This document shows positions 1 to 17,669 of a stretch of 55,257 nt of DNA, one piece after another; position 1 is the first letter of the stretch; each line of letters starts with the position of its first letter. The position numbers and the translations under genes are program-made. The notes beneath the pieces are model-generated. The model was not told where the DNA came from and ran no database searches. It saw only the letters and a list, made by a program, of their open reading frames with translations. Origin of the DNA: Neoconidiobolus thromboides FSU 785 (Eukaryota; Fungi; Entomophthoromycota). The DNA lies in assembly GCA_025603075.1 (NCBI GenBank), contig MU626395.1:1-55257 (forward strand), in the 5' to 3' direction.

Positions 1-162
1 AACTAACTTACAGTATGAGCTATAATAGAATGATTTAGAACTGTGTTTGGGTGCTTTTGTTTTAATAAAAGATGTGATTTTATAGAATTTTAAGCGAAGT
101 TTTTAAAATGCAAAATTTTTCAAAAATTGGATAAAATAATGAAACTAATTCAGACAACCCCA

Positions 163-270
163 TATGGTGATGTATTTTTGTGTTTAAGAATTTCAATAAT
201 AAAATTTCCACTTAAATAGCGCTTAAAAGATGGAAAAAAATAATGAAATAAAAAAAAAACACCTCCATGT
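163..270 (+). mobile_element. MITE-like TIR element copy (family of ~104-105 bp)
   Basis: Starts TATGGTGATGTATTTTTGTGTTTAAGAATTT and ends AAAAAAACACCTCCATG, colinear with the 48816-48920 copy. It is preceded by a degenerate tail (..ACAACCCCATA) of another copy sharing the CATATG junction. Confidence 0.8.
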
Positions 271-695
271 AGTAAATTATAGACTATATAAAATGAACAA
301 AATAAAAAACATTATGAAATTTATATAAAATACTAAAATTCAATATCTTTATTAAAAAATAATTTAATAAGAAGCTATAAGTTATATTAGTAAGCTTTTT
401 TACATTTCAATTAAATAGCTATATAAAAAACACAATAATAGTTATTTTTTATTATAGTTTCTGAATATAAATATAAAAATGTGGAAATTTAAAAACAGTG
501 TTTTTTGTAATAAGTAATAGAAATTTTTACAACTTTAAATAAAAAACTATGAGTTTATTGTATTTGAATTTAAAGGTATAATAAGTTTTAGTGACAAAGT
601 CCCCTAAGGCTAATCAAATTTATTATATAAATCATAGTTAAATTAGCTATAAAATTGAAATTAATTTTATAAATGATTCAAATAGTTACTATACT

Positions 696-800
696 ATAAG
701 AGGATGTATTTTTATATTTAAGAATTTTACCAACAATTTTTCCGCTCAAACAGCGCTTGAAAGATCGAAAAGTAATGAAGCAAAAAAAAACATCCCCATA
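696..800 (+). mobile_element. MITE-like TIR element copy
   Basis: AGAGGATGTATTTTT...TTTTCCGCTCAAACAGCGCTTGAAAGATCGAAAAG...AAAAAAACATCCCCATA. Confidence 0.85.
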
Positions 801-820
801 ATTAGTTATAGAGTTAATAG

Positions 821-924
821 TATGGATGATTTTTTTGGTTTTATTACTTTTTCCACCTTTTAAGCGCTACTTAAGCGGAAAATTTTTTACTAAAATTTTT
901 AAACACAAAAATATACTTCCATGT
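821..924 (-). mobile_element. MITE-like TIR element copy (inverted)
   Basis: Reverse complement of the family consensus: TATGGATGATTTTTTTGG...TTTTAAGCGCTACTTAAGCGGAAAA...AAACACAAAAATATACTTCCATG. Confidence 0.85.
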
Positions 925-948
925 ATGTTTTATATTTAGGCCTAAAAA

Positions 949-1052
949 TATGAGGATGTATTTTTGTGTCTAAGAATTTCACTAACAATTTTTCTGCTTA
1001 AACAGTGCTCAAAAGATCGAAAAAGTGATGAGGCTAAAAAAACGCCTCTATA
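949..1052 (+). mobile_element. MITE-like TIR element copy
   Basis: TATGAGGATGTATTTTTGTGTCTAAGAATTT...AAAAAAACGCCTCTATA. Confidence 0.85.
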
Positions 1053-1104
1053 TACAACTGAGTTATTAGTTAAAATCCTCAATTTAGCATCAAAAAATAA
1101 TTTA

Positions 1105-1208
1105 AATGGGGATGGATTTTTTTGTTTAAGAATCTTATTAATAATTTTTCCACTCAAACAGCGCTTGAAAGATCGAAAAGTAATGAAGCTAAAAAAAACA
1201 TCCCCAAA
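1105..1208 (+). mobile_element. MITE-like TIR element copy
   Basis: AATGGGGATGGATTTTTTTGTTTAAGAATC...TTTTCCACTCAAACAGCGCTTGAAAG...AAAAAAACATCCCCAAA. Confidence 0.85.
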
Positions 1209-1359
1209 TAGTTTTTGAAAATTAAATAATAATATTATTTTTAGAAGTTAATACATAATATTATTAGAGAACTTTCTATTTGAAAAAAGTTGTATTTTTT
1301 TTAAATTACAATAAGTAAGAAAATAACCTTTATGATCAAAAATTTATTAGTAAATAAGA

Positions 1360-1463
1360 TATGAGGATGTTTTTTTGGTTTCATCACTTTCTCTATTTTT
1401 TAAGCGTTATTTGAGTGGGAAGATCGCTAGTAAAGTTCTTAGATGAAAAAATACATCCCCATA
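1360..1463 (-). mobile_element. MITE-like TIR element copy (inverted)
   Basis: TATGAGGATGTTTTTTTGG...TTTTAAGCGTTATTTGAGTGGG...AAAAATACATCCCCATA. Confidence 0.85.
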
Positions 1464-2266
1464 CGTTAGGACCTGGTCTTTTATAACTCAAAAATTACTT
1501 TTTTATAAAAACAACAACATAAAAAGTAGCTTTCCGGTATAATGTAGTTTAATCTAAATTTTATGAAAAAACGCAAGATAAATTTACATTATTAAAAGTT
1601 TAAATTTACTTAATGATAGAAAATAAGTAGATAGAAAACAATTTAACTGTTATTGTGTTATTTGTTTACCAAATATATCATAATGTCTGCTATATTCTAC
1701 TTTGTTTTGGGATTTATTTAATGTTTTGACTTAACTATCCAGTTTGTATTCACTAAAATCGGATTACTTCCTAATTGAGAATTGTTTATCATATCAGGGG
1801 TCCTGGGTTTCTTTATTATATTAACATTAGGAAATGGAAGTATAACCCTCACTGGAATTATCGCTTCTTTGTTTAGTTCAGCGCTTACCTGATGTCATGT
1901 ACCTCACAATATGAGCTCATCCGTTTGCGACAGCTAATCTGGTTGGTACAAACAATGTTGTTTTAAAATTTGATATTTGTTTAACTTATTTAAGGTATTT
2001 AAAATCTGAAATATTTAAATTTGATTTTTATTGTCATTGATTACAAATCTCAAATTAAGTGCAAATAAATAGACGACTATTTTAATAGCTACTTATGAAT
2101 TATATTATATATATTCAATAATATGCTAAAAGTACAACACATTTTTTTCTAATATTTTTGTTCATTTTAAGTTCAAAATTCCAAGTTATGAATTCAATTG
2201 TTAAAAAAATAATTCCATATAATGATATGCATTAAATTTTATATTTTTAAAAAATATTAATCAAAA

Positions 2267-3220
2267 CTATACATTGTTAGTAGGAGGTGGATCGCAAAGG
2301 CCTTCTACTTTCCACCCAAACATTAAATTGGTCATCTAAAATCAATTAAAATTTAAAAATAAGGCTTTATAATAAATTACCGCAATAGATAATGGAATTG
2401 GCTTTTTCACTTTCGATTTACTATTTGTAATCTGCTTATAAAACGAATATTTTAATCTATCAGAGAGGGAGTTATGCCAAATTTGCCATTCTTCTATTGT
2501 ACTAAAATCTAAAGGCGATTTGTTTTCTATTAATTTATTTTTATCTTGCTCTTGCTCCTGCTCTTGTTCTTGCTCTGAATCCGTGGTAGGATTTGAATTA
2601 CTATGTAGTGCAAAACTATTAACCAACTTCGATGAAAGCAATTTATCTTTCAATCTACTAAACCTATTTAATAAAGCAGGTGATTTTTGACTTTCCTTTG
2701 ATTCACTTTGTGAGACTTCTAACCTATTTTTTGATGTATTATTTAATTTTAATTGTCTAAGGTCATTTAATCTATTCGACTCCTTTGATCCATCAGCTGA
2801 AGCTAAATGTGGTGGGTTTAACCAGAGTTCTCTCAATTTCTCCCATTTCATTTGTTGAAATAAAACTTGAGACGCTTGAACCTCAACTCCAAATTGATGT
2901 TCTTCCTCCTGTTCAAATTGATCTTTATCTTTATTAGTTATCTTCACAAGTAATTTCTCAGCATTATTATAAACTTCTGAGAAATCTGTTGCTGGTAAAA
3001 CTAGCTCTTTGTTCAATATCACAACATCTTTTTTTGGTAAAGGAGGTGGTATTGGATCGTCTATAGTTGTTTCGATAAAAGAGTTTACGGATGTAGAAGG
3101 ATTAGAATTTAAACCTAATCCTTTAAATATATCATTTAATTCATTTTCTGAAAAATTACTAAAGATTGGGCTTTCTGGCTTGATATCTACCCTTGAGCTG
3201 TTTTTACTTTTGGAATACAT
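2267..3220 (-). CDS. DUF4050 / Gag1-like clamp domain protein (2 exons)
   Basis: ORF 3220-2381 is spliced over a 45-nt GT-AG intron (2380-2336) to a last exon ending at TAG 2269-2267. This gives W(EKL)RELW...Y..IT..K...KKPIPLSIAMTNLMFGWKVEGL, which matches the DUF4050 PIPL...L..GW..EG signature as I recall it. The middle is low-complexity (PPPLP, EQEQEQ). Confidence 0.65.
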
Positions 3221-3304
3221 GAAAAGAAATAAAAAATTTGAAATTTATATTTAAATAAGAACAAGAACAAATTTATTTTTAGTAACTTAATTTTCTAAAT
3301 TTAT

Positions 3305-4198
3305 TCAATTTTGGTTTTTTGGCTTGTATTTCTTTTGATTGGGAATTCGGCATACTTTATCTTCCGCATCACAATAATATAAAGAATTGCAATCACTATC
3401 GACTTTACATGGAGTAAGGAACTATTATGAAATTAGAATGTATATAGTAACTATATAAACTACTCACTCTTCCTGGGAATCTACAACGGTTTTCAAAACT
3501 ACAAACAGTTCCAGATACCTTGCTGTCACTAATTAATTACATTAAAAATTAAATTTTAATATTATAAAAAGTCCTTACCAAAAATCATCTTTACTATTAA
3601 AATAGCAATCGGTATTTATTCTATTCAATGTTGAAATAGTACCATTATTCTCTAATACTAACTTATTCCCTTTATCAATAAATTTGCCAGTATAGTTATT
3701 TTGGCCTCCATTAGAATTCAATATTAAACTAAACCCTTTCTGCCCTTTTTGCATTTCTCTAATAAAACCCTTTAACAAAATTCATTAATAAGACCTATTA
3801 AAATAATTACTTGATCTTTCTTAGGTCATATTTACCATTAATAGGTGCAAGTTTAAACTGAGGGCAAATTTTTTCATTACATAAATAGTTAGTAAATTGA
3901 TAGAAAGATAAATCTTGGTCAAATTCTAGTGCTTGTATATATCGATGTAATCCCTTAACATTTTCAAACTCCTAATATAAAATATAAAAATAAATAAACA
4001 AGCAACTTTCAATTTTAATCTTACTTTAATATCCTGCTTAAATATACCAGTCAATCGCTTAACTAAATAATGATACTCATCTTTCTTTAAATTCGTTGAA
4101 CCTAATAATAAATATATTAACTATTTAGTATCAAGTATATATAACTTACTTATGAGGTTTAATGAGCTTATAAGAGTAATAATATTTATTAATTTCAT
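3305..4198 (-). CDS. Secreted cysteine-rich protein of unknown function, 214 aa, 6 exons
   Basis: Phase-consistent exons 4198-4150, 4101-4025, 3971-3811, 3758-3579, 3528-3468 and 3421-3305 (645 nt), all with GT-AG introns. N-terminus MKLINIITLISSLNLISS is signal-peptide-like, there is a KR site, and 8 of the 10 Cys lie in two C-terminal modules. Confidence 0.7.
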
Positions 4199-4599
4199 AA
4201 CTTTAAAGTTAAATATATTAAATAGTTTTAACAATAATTTTACTAATTGACTTTAAATACTTTATTTTTTTTGATTTAATTACTTTGAAAATCTAACTGA
4301 ATATCGTAAATCAACTTTGATTTTAAATCCTGAAAAGCATCAAACTAAATTTAGAACTAAAATTAGAAAATGATTAAATTTAGATTTGGCATGAAGACTA
4401 ACTATTAAAAAATAAAAAGTAAACAATAAAGATAAATTTAGCTAATGAAAATAACAAACTCAAATTATTAACTCATCATTACTTTATATAATATTAATAT
4501 CGTTTAAAAATAAATAAATAAATAAATAATAATAAAATTTAATTCAAATATTATAAATTAAAGTAAATAATTTTTATCGGAATATTACTATTAATGTAG

Positions 4600-10266
<5,667 letters not shown>

Positions 10267-10827
10267 TCATAAAACTGTTTGTTTTGGATTGATTTTATAA
10301 AATAAATATATATTAAAGTATAGAGAATTATGTAACTTAAAATAATTTAAAATAGTTCTTAGTTGACATGAGTTTGTTTAAAAATTTATAAATCAAAGCG
10401 GGGATAGTAGCTTTAAAAGCCTTTTTAATTGGTTGATTTTTTACTTCATTTTTTAAGTAAATCCTATAAATGCCTAAAATAAAGGGTTTAATAATTAAAA
10501 GGTAAGGCTTGAATCCATTTATATTTTTATTGCTTAGCATCAAATATTAAAATAGTTTAAAACTTCATATTACATTATTGTTTTATCATTTATATTGCTT
10601 TTATATTACATTTCTATTATAATACGATTGTAGTATACTATTTTTGTATCATTTTATCCCACTTTAGATTTATTTCACAAACATTATTTTGTTCTCATTT
10701 GTGTTTTTTATCTATACTATTTCAAAATAAAACTTTTGATTTTAAAACGTACTTAAAAATAAAATTAAATAACGGAATAGTCAATATTTATAATCTCAAA
10801 ATTGTTTGATTTATTCATTCAAATCTA

Positions 10828-12406
10828 TTAAATATTAGACTTTGGCCATTCCGGTGAAAGACTATCTACTTTATCCCAGCAATTGTTCATAACTCCACGG
10901 AAATTCCAAATAGGTAATTCGGGCTGAGTATTTGAAGCAGAATCCCCTAAAATTTATAATGTTAACTCTAATATTATAATATTAGTGATGTACATTACAT
11001 GCTCTACACATTATTGTAGTATTCGGGTTAATTGATTTGACTTTCAAAGACCATAGGCACCAAGACCAATATCCATTGCCTACTTTTTCTTGCTTTAAGC
11101 TAGCAAGCTCCCAACTTTTACCTTCATCGAATGTCACCTCTAATAGATTTGTTTCAGTAAAGATAATAATTAAACTAATAAAATATTACCAACTCTTGTT
11201 ACTTTTCTTCCTCCTCCTGAAAGAATGAAATTAGGTCATTTTTTTAAGATAAAATCAACTGATAATACCTGATATCGCATAACCTTTAACTTCGTTACAA
11301 CTGACTTCAAGCTTAGATTGATTCGAAGGAGTACAAATAACACTTTGTACATTCATCTCATGAATTGATTGTGATTTATCCCAATATTTGAATGCATCTT
11401 TTTCTTCAACCTAAATTTTTATATCAAATACTAGATTGAATTATACTATTAAAGCTTTACATCTTGTGGCAATATTTTATAGTCACGACGCTGAAAGAAA
11501 CTAGGTGATTCCTCATTCTGAATAATTATTTTGTTTAAGTATTTAACAGATCGAGCACCAATTACGCCTTAAAGTTCATGATTAATTATTACAATTTAAT
11601 ATTATAAATTATACTTACCTGGAACAACCATTCTAATAGGATAACCATGATCACGTGGCAATAGCTCATTATTCATTTCATAAGCCAATAACACATCATT
11701 ATCTATGTTCCTATTATTTAAAAAATAATTAATATTTAAACAAGCCAAATTAGTAATATTATTACATGGCCCATTTTAATGGAATTGAGCTTCCATAACA
11801 ACGATCTTCCTCAACTCCACCAACAGCTTCCATCCAAACGTGAGCATCAGGGTATTCGAATTGTGAAACATCTTCAGGGATACCTGCATCTAATAAGATA
11901 TCACGAAGTCTTGCACCTGCCCAATAAGAATTGGCAATGGTACCAGGTCCCCAGATAACACCTTTGACTGGTTTTACTTTTAATAATCCATCTCTTCTAT
12001 TACCAGCACACTGAAATTTTATTAAAAAACATATTGTTTAGTTGTGTCTTCGATAAAGTCATGAAATAATTACCTGTAAGGCAGCTAATATAGTATGCTT
12101 TTTGTAGTCTGATTTGATTTCTTTTACTGAAATATTTAATGGTTTTGGTACTATTCCTTCAATACTGATAAAATGCTTATTTTCATCAATTAATGGAATT
12201 GGGCCATGATTTCTTTTAAAGAACACCTCTTTTGGTGTAACATAACTTCCAACTAATTGCTTTAATGGTGGTTCTGCATTGAAAGGTTCTTTGTTTCTTA
12301 CTATCAGCTCTTTGTTTATTCTTTCTGGCTCATAATTATATATTAAGTCTGTTCTTTTCCCATTTTTTGTTGGAAAATTGTGGAATTCAGTCTGATTTTT
12401 ACTCAT
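10828..12406 (-). CDS. Sulfite oxidase-family molybdoenzyme (Moco-binding + dimerisation domains, no cytochrome b5), multi-exon
   Basis: NAEPP...[10 protein letters not shown]; LQCAGNRR (Mo-ligating Cys); [20 protein letters not shown]; [13 protein letters not shown]; [11 protein letters not shown]; ends ...EWPKSNI* (TAA 10830-10828). Confidence 0.92.
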
Positions 12407-13318
12407 TTTTTATAATTGAAAAAAAACTTTCTTCCTTTTTATACCTCAAGACCTGTCAAAATCTCTATAGACATGACTCAACTTATTCATTAGTAATATC
12501 CAATTAATAACAGTTAGAGATTAAAACATAACCAACCATACTACATAATTTTATAGTGTTAAAATTAGAACTAAATTTAATTACATAAAAATGGTGATAA
12601 ACATTAGCTCAAATAAATGATAAAATCTACAATATTAATTTATTATATTAACATCCTTTCTGTTTGAATTTGAATAAATATAATATAAGACTCATTAAAT
12701 ACACATTATTGATAATAGATAATAAATATGTACTATTTATACCCATATTGTTTTAGAATATTGTATTATCTCATAATAATGCTTATCTCTATAATATAAC
12801 CATATACATTAGAATCAAATTAAGCGATAGTATGAAAATAGAAAATACATGAATGATACTCAGAGGCCCCAATCAACATAATAGTTTATGATGAAGGATA
12901 TAAATCCCTTAAAAAAATCTTAGCTGTATATAATAATGAATTGTTATATAAATAAATTCACAATGAAACAAAATCTATAGAAAGAAAACATTTTTTATTT
13001 TTTGGTTTAAGTTAAAATGTTTGTACAAATTCATTTTTTTTTAGCTTAATACTTTATATAACTTTTACCCATTAACTCAACAAGGGAGTCATAAACTAGG
13101 AGCATAACATTAAAGAAACTATTCAATCAATTTTTAAGAAACTTTATAAACTTTCGTTCTTAAATATTAACAACTAACATTGATATTTAAATATATTATA
13201 AATAAAATTAATGTTATGTTATTATTAAATCTGTTTTTCATTATAAATTTCAAACATAAAATAATAATCGATTAATTTATTAAAATAATAATATTATTGA
13301 ATGTGTAGTATAATCGGT

Positions 13319-14207
13319 TTATAATTCCCCAGTTTTAGCTTTTTGGGCGGTCTCTAATACGATTTGAAAATCATCAAAGGGAACGTATTTAATACCATGT
13401 TCCATACAATATTTTTCTAAGCCTCTACCACGTCTTGCAAATAAAACATCTGCACGACGAGCAGCTGATAAATCAGACACACCGTCGCCGCAAAAAATGA
13501 TAAAGGGCTTAACTTCTCCATGTTCTCTTTTATACTCTTCTTCAGCAATATCCATTGATAAACCTTTATCATGACCAAATTCGCTTTACATTGATTAACA
13601 TTATTAAATGCTTACTATAATTTTATTAAATTACCTCTCATCTTTAAAAGTGCAGATCCACTTTCTGCCTTCAAGAACTCCATAGTTAGCTCGAATTTTA
13701 AAGTTTGTGTAATCATTAGGAAAAAACTTTCTCAAAAAGTATTCAATCATAAACTCAAGACCCCTTTTTATATAATAAGTAATATATATATATATATGTA
13801 AAAAAAAATACCCTGAAAACACATGGAAAGGTATGCTATTCGAAAAACAATATTCTGCGAAAATTTCGAATTTGGGATCAAGCTCAACATCTATTTACGA
13901 TAAAGTCAAATATCTGAAATATATATGTTATTACCTTTAAGAAGAACTAAAGCTTCCTCCCAAGTCAAATTTACCCCATCCCACATTTGCTTAAATATAT
14001 CCCTTTTTAATCATTGTTTAATTTTTGTAAGATTTATTCGTTTATTATTTACCTTAATTTGCTTTCACCTATCATAGCCTTTTCATCTAAAGCTTTACGT
14101 GTTTCTGTTCCGATACATTTATCAATTAATATGACTCCAGTATCTTGCAATGTAATCGTTCCATCGAAATCGCAGCAAACTAGAACATGTGTATTTCCTT
14201 TGGTCAT
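13319..14207 (-). CDS. HAD-superfamily phosphatase, MtnX/YNL010W(Pyp1)-like, multi-exon
   Basis: MTKGNTHVLVCCDFDGTIT (motif I, DxDGT); FCGDGVSDLSAARRADVLFA (motif IV, GDGxSD); LEKYC..HGIKYVPFDDF. Confidence 0.88.
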
Positions 14208-14681
14208 TGTAAATTATAAAAATTAAATTAAATTTTGGGATCAAATCATTTTAATTATTTTAATTGAATCCAAGAATAGGTTAAATCAATAATTAGTTTT
14301 ACCTTGGAACTAATTTTTACAGCATAATAGCTATAACTATATAAAAGTAAAATTTGTTACATCGTTTTAAAATATAGCTTTTTATTATGATACTATACAT
14401 ATCAACAATACTGATAAGTTTTAACGCAATTTTGTCAAAAATAAATGATTACTTTAGATTAAGAAATTAAACCAGAGTTAAGTAGCTATCACATTTATCT
14501 AAAATAGCAAATATCATTACTCTACGAAAACTCAACAATATATATAAAGTACCAATTGTGAATAATATTAAATCCTTATTTAAGTTATTGTTGACTATAT
14601 TCAAAGTTATAAGTCGAAAAATTGTAATATTTTGAAATAAGTTAGTTCAGTAAAATTATAAAAAATTGTTCTATTAGCCTA

Positions 14682-14714
14682 TTTTAAATTATTTTAAATT
14701 ATTTTAAATTATTT
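14682..14714. repeat. 10-bp tandem repeat (TTTAAATTAT), about 3 units
   Basis: ttttaaattattttaaattattttaaattattt. Confidence 0.7.
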
Positions 14715-15731
14715 AAAAATATACAATACAAATAAATAGACATAGTTGATTTAATTTAAATATAATATTAGATATATATGTAACAAAGATTACTTTAATG
14801 AGTTTATTCAAATAAAAATTTATAAACTTGATCAAAATTTAATTTACTATAAATGATAAAAGAATCTATAAAAGATACCTTAATAGAATAATTCTAAAGT
14901 TTGATTATAAATTTCAAAGCATGTTGAATGTCTGCCTTGATAGCATTTTATTATTATTATTATGTGACATAGGAATATCTTTTTTATTTTTGTCTATTTC
15001 TTGTTCAATATAAAATTGTGCGATTTATTAGTGAACATTTTTTTAAAGTATTCTCATATAAATATTTTTCTCTACACATGTAATTGGAAGTTTTGTTCTT
15101 ATAAAATTACTTGTATATCAAATAATCATCAAACTAACTTTCCTTATTTTAGTAATATTTATTCCATTATACACTTTTTTAATTATTAATATAATTTAAT
15201 ATTCATAAAATAATAAATAGAAAATGATAATTAGTTTATTTTCATTTTGTTAAACTAAACTAGACAGTGAATTGCATCATTTTGAATGGATATACAATAA
15301 AAAATGTCAAATATTTGTATTTTTCTAAGCGAATTTTTTGTTTCCCAATTTTACCACTAATGCTTATAAAATTCTAACGAAAATTGCGTGATTTTAGTGG
15401 AAAATGACACCATGATAGCAGTATCCCAATAAAATACTCAAAACTGTTTAAATTGACTTCTTTTATAGGATAAATTTAAGTCACAAAACTTATGCAAATT
15501 TCATGATCAATAAAAATATTAGGTTTTTTTGATAAATAATTTTGATTTGATAAAATATTCTAAAACGACCTTGAAAAAAATAAAGAAAAATAGAAGTAAA
15601 ATTTAAGATTAACTAATAAGAATGGAGATATTTTTTACATGTTACTATCATTAGTTGTTTCTTTATGAATAAGCTTTTCTAGCTGCTTAATATATAAACT
15701 TGACTTGTAGCTCATAAATACAATTTTTTAA

Positions 15732-17669
15732 ATGAATCTCATGGTACCAAACGAACCAAATCAAAACTTAAATCCAACTTCGCTTCCATGTCTATTGAAT
15801 TCGCTTAGAACAAAGATAAGTGCTCAATGTCCAGAAATCAAAGAATGTATGCTTAAACATGTGGAACATTTATCACATGAACAAAGAAACGTAGTACTCT
15901 CTTGTTGGGATGCTTTCAATAATAGTACTGATCAACAAAGAGATTTAATACTTACTGGGATATTATTAAGATGTTCAATAAACCAACTTTCCTATGTTTC
16001 TAATTGTTTACAACCTCTACTTAAAGTAGATTTTATTTCTAAATTACCAAGAGAGCTTTCATTAAAAATTTTATCATACCTTGATGCAAAGTCTTTAGTC
16101 CAAGCTTCTAGCGTCTCAAAGGTATGGAAGAGTGCTGCTGAAGATGATTTATTGTGGCGTACCTTATGTGATCAACATATCAATAAAAAGTGTACAAAAT
16201 GTGGTTGGGGTTTACCTCTTTTATTAGATGACTATTTAAAAAGAAAGAAAGTTGAGCTTATGACATCAACAAAAAGATCTAGAGAATATGAATCACCAGA
16301 ATCACCCCCTAATTCAATCCAAAATTATAATGGTAATATTGTACTTAAAACATAAACAATCAGTTACTTATCTTAAATAGGATACCCTTCCCAAAAAATT
16401 AGACTTGATCATCATATGTCTGTTAAAAGTCATGTAACTTCTTCCCCTGTTTCAACTGGATATGAGATTAAATTAGATCCAAGGAAAAGCTTTTGGAAGT
16501 TTATATATCGTGATAGACTTAGCATTGAACGTAATTGGCGTCGCGGTAAATTTTTTAAGAAATCTATTAACGTACATCTGAGTGGAGTTCATTGTCATCA
16601 ATCAAATCAAGATATTATTATTGCTGCAACTTACTCCCCTAATCTTGAAATATTTAATTTGAAGACAGGTAAAAAAATACGTACCCTCACTGGCCATTTT
16701 GCCGCAGTACGTGACCTTTATTTTGATGATGTGCGCCTAGTTACTGCTTCTCATGATAACACTGTAAGGATATGGTGTTATCGCGAAGGCCTTTGTAAAC
16801 GTATTATCCCTGCACCTGGAGCTCAATGTCTTCACTTTGAAAAGGATTATTTAGCAGTAGGATTAGCTTCTGGTTCAATTCATATTTGGAATTTCCGTAA
16901 AACAACTCGACATAGTTTGGTAGGACATACTGATTCAGTAACTAAAGTAAGGGTGTTTAAAGAAACATTTTTACTTTCAAGTTCAGATGATGGCACTGTA
17001 AGACTATGGAATATTGAAACTTTGGAATGCATTCGTGTATTTCAAGGACATACTTCTTCCGTTACATGCTTCCAATTTAGTATCCCAAATTTATTTCCTG
17101 TAAGTGAGCTCATGAAGCAAAATCTACCAGTACCAGAATCACCTACTCGTTCCCCATCACCACCTTATAATTCTAGATGTGATGATACTTTAACAAACGG
17201 TACTTCACTTTCAACTCTTCTTTCTGCTAATATACCAAATCCAACACACTCACAACTTCATCGTGCACCTTTATTAGTTACAGGATCAGCAGACAATACT
17301 TTGCGAGTATGGTCATTGCAGACTGGTAAATGTTTAAGACAAAGCTTCGGACACTTAGGGGAAATCACATGTTTAGATATGGATTCATTAAGAATTGTAA
17401 GTGGATCAATGGACGGATGTATCAAAGTATGGGATTTAGATAGCGGTCGATGTATGCATACTATGTTTGGAGATGAATCAGGGGATAATGATACTCCACC
17501 ACCTCCGATGCTATGTGCATCATTAACAGATACTCGAATAATTGCGGGATCACAAAATGGTAAATTATATCTTTGGGATTGTTCAAGTGATTCACACCCT
17601 GCTTGCTCACTTAATGCTCTTTTATCACCAAGTGAACCAGATCATGGCTGGGCATATCATTTGAATTAA
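15732..17669 (+). CDS. MET30: F-box/WD40 SCF substrate adaptor Met30/SconB (one intron, 16333-16380)
   Basis: F-box DFISKLPRELSLKILSYLDAKSL followed by the Met30-typical QHINKKCTKCGWGLPLL; multiple GH...WD repeats. A phase-1 48-nt GT-AG intron joins the two track ORFs in frame. Confidence 0.9.

Noticed and set aside
942-1218. Overlapping ORFs 942-1157 (-) and 964-1218 (+)
   Set aside because: Both are read through adjacent MITE copies; the repeated peptide CLRILL..FPLKQRLKD is just the element's sequence.
1683-1935. Hydrophobic + frame with TGA codons suggesting a mitochondrial insertion (TGA=Trp)
   Set aside because: There is an in-frame TAA and no resemblance to a mitochondrial protein I recognise. 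The hydrophobicity is explained as the antisense of a K/N-rich frame.
2342-4198. Initial idea of one type-I membrane protein spanning 2342-4198
   Set aside because: Exon phases put the 3421-3305 exon in the Cys-rich frame ending at TGA 3305, not in the hydrophobic frame, so there are two separate genes.
4270-4350. Exon-like segment (FDAFQDLKSKLIYDIQLDFQ) upstream of the secreted protein
   Set aside because: No start codon or consistent upstream exon was found, and the ATG at 4198 already gives a signal peptide.
10337-10543. 68-aa ORF upstream of the formin
   Set aside because: AT-rich with no recognisable motif; probably 5' UTR or promoter.
11651-11658. TCACGTG (Cbf1-type sulfur-regulon motif)
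   Set aside because: It lies inside the sulfite oxidase coding exon, not in a promoter.
12840-12930. ATGATGA box C-like motif suggesting a C/D snoRNA
   Set aside because: No downstream CTGA box D or terminal stem was found.
15001-15189. 62-aa ORF in the HAD/MET30 spacer
   Set aside because: Non-ATG start and AT-rich composition typical of chance ORFs.
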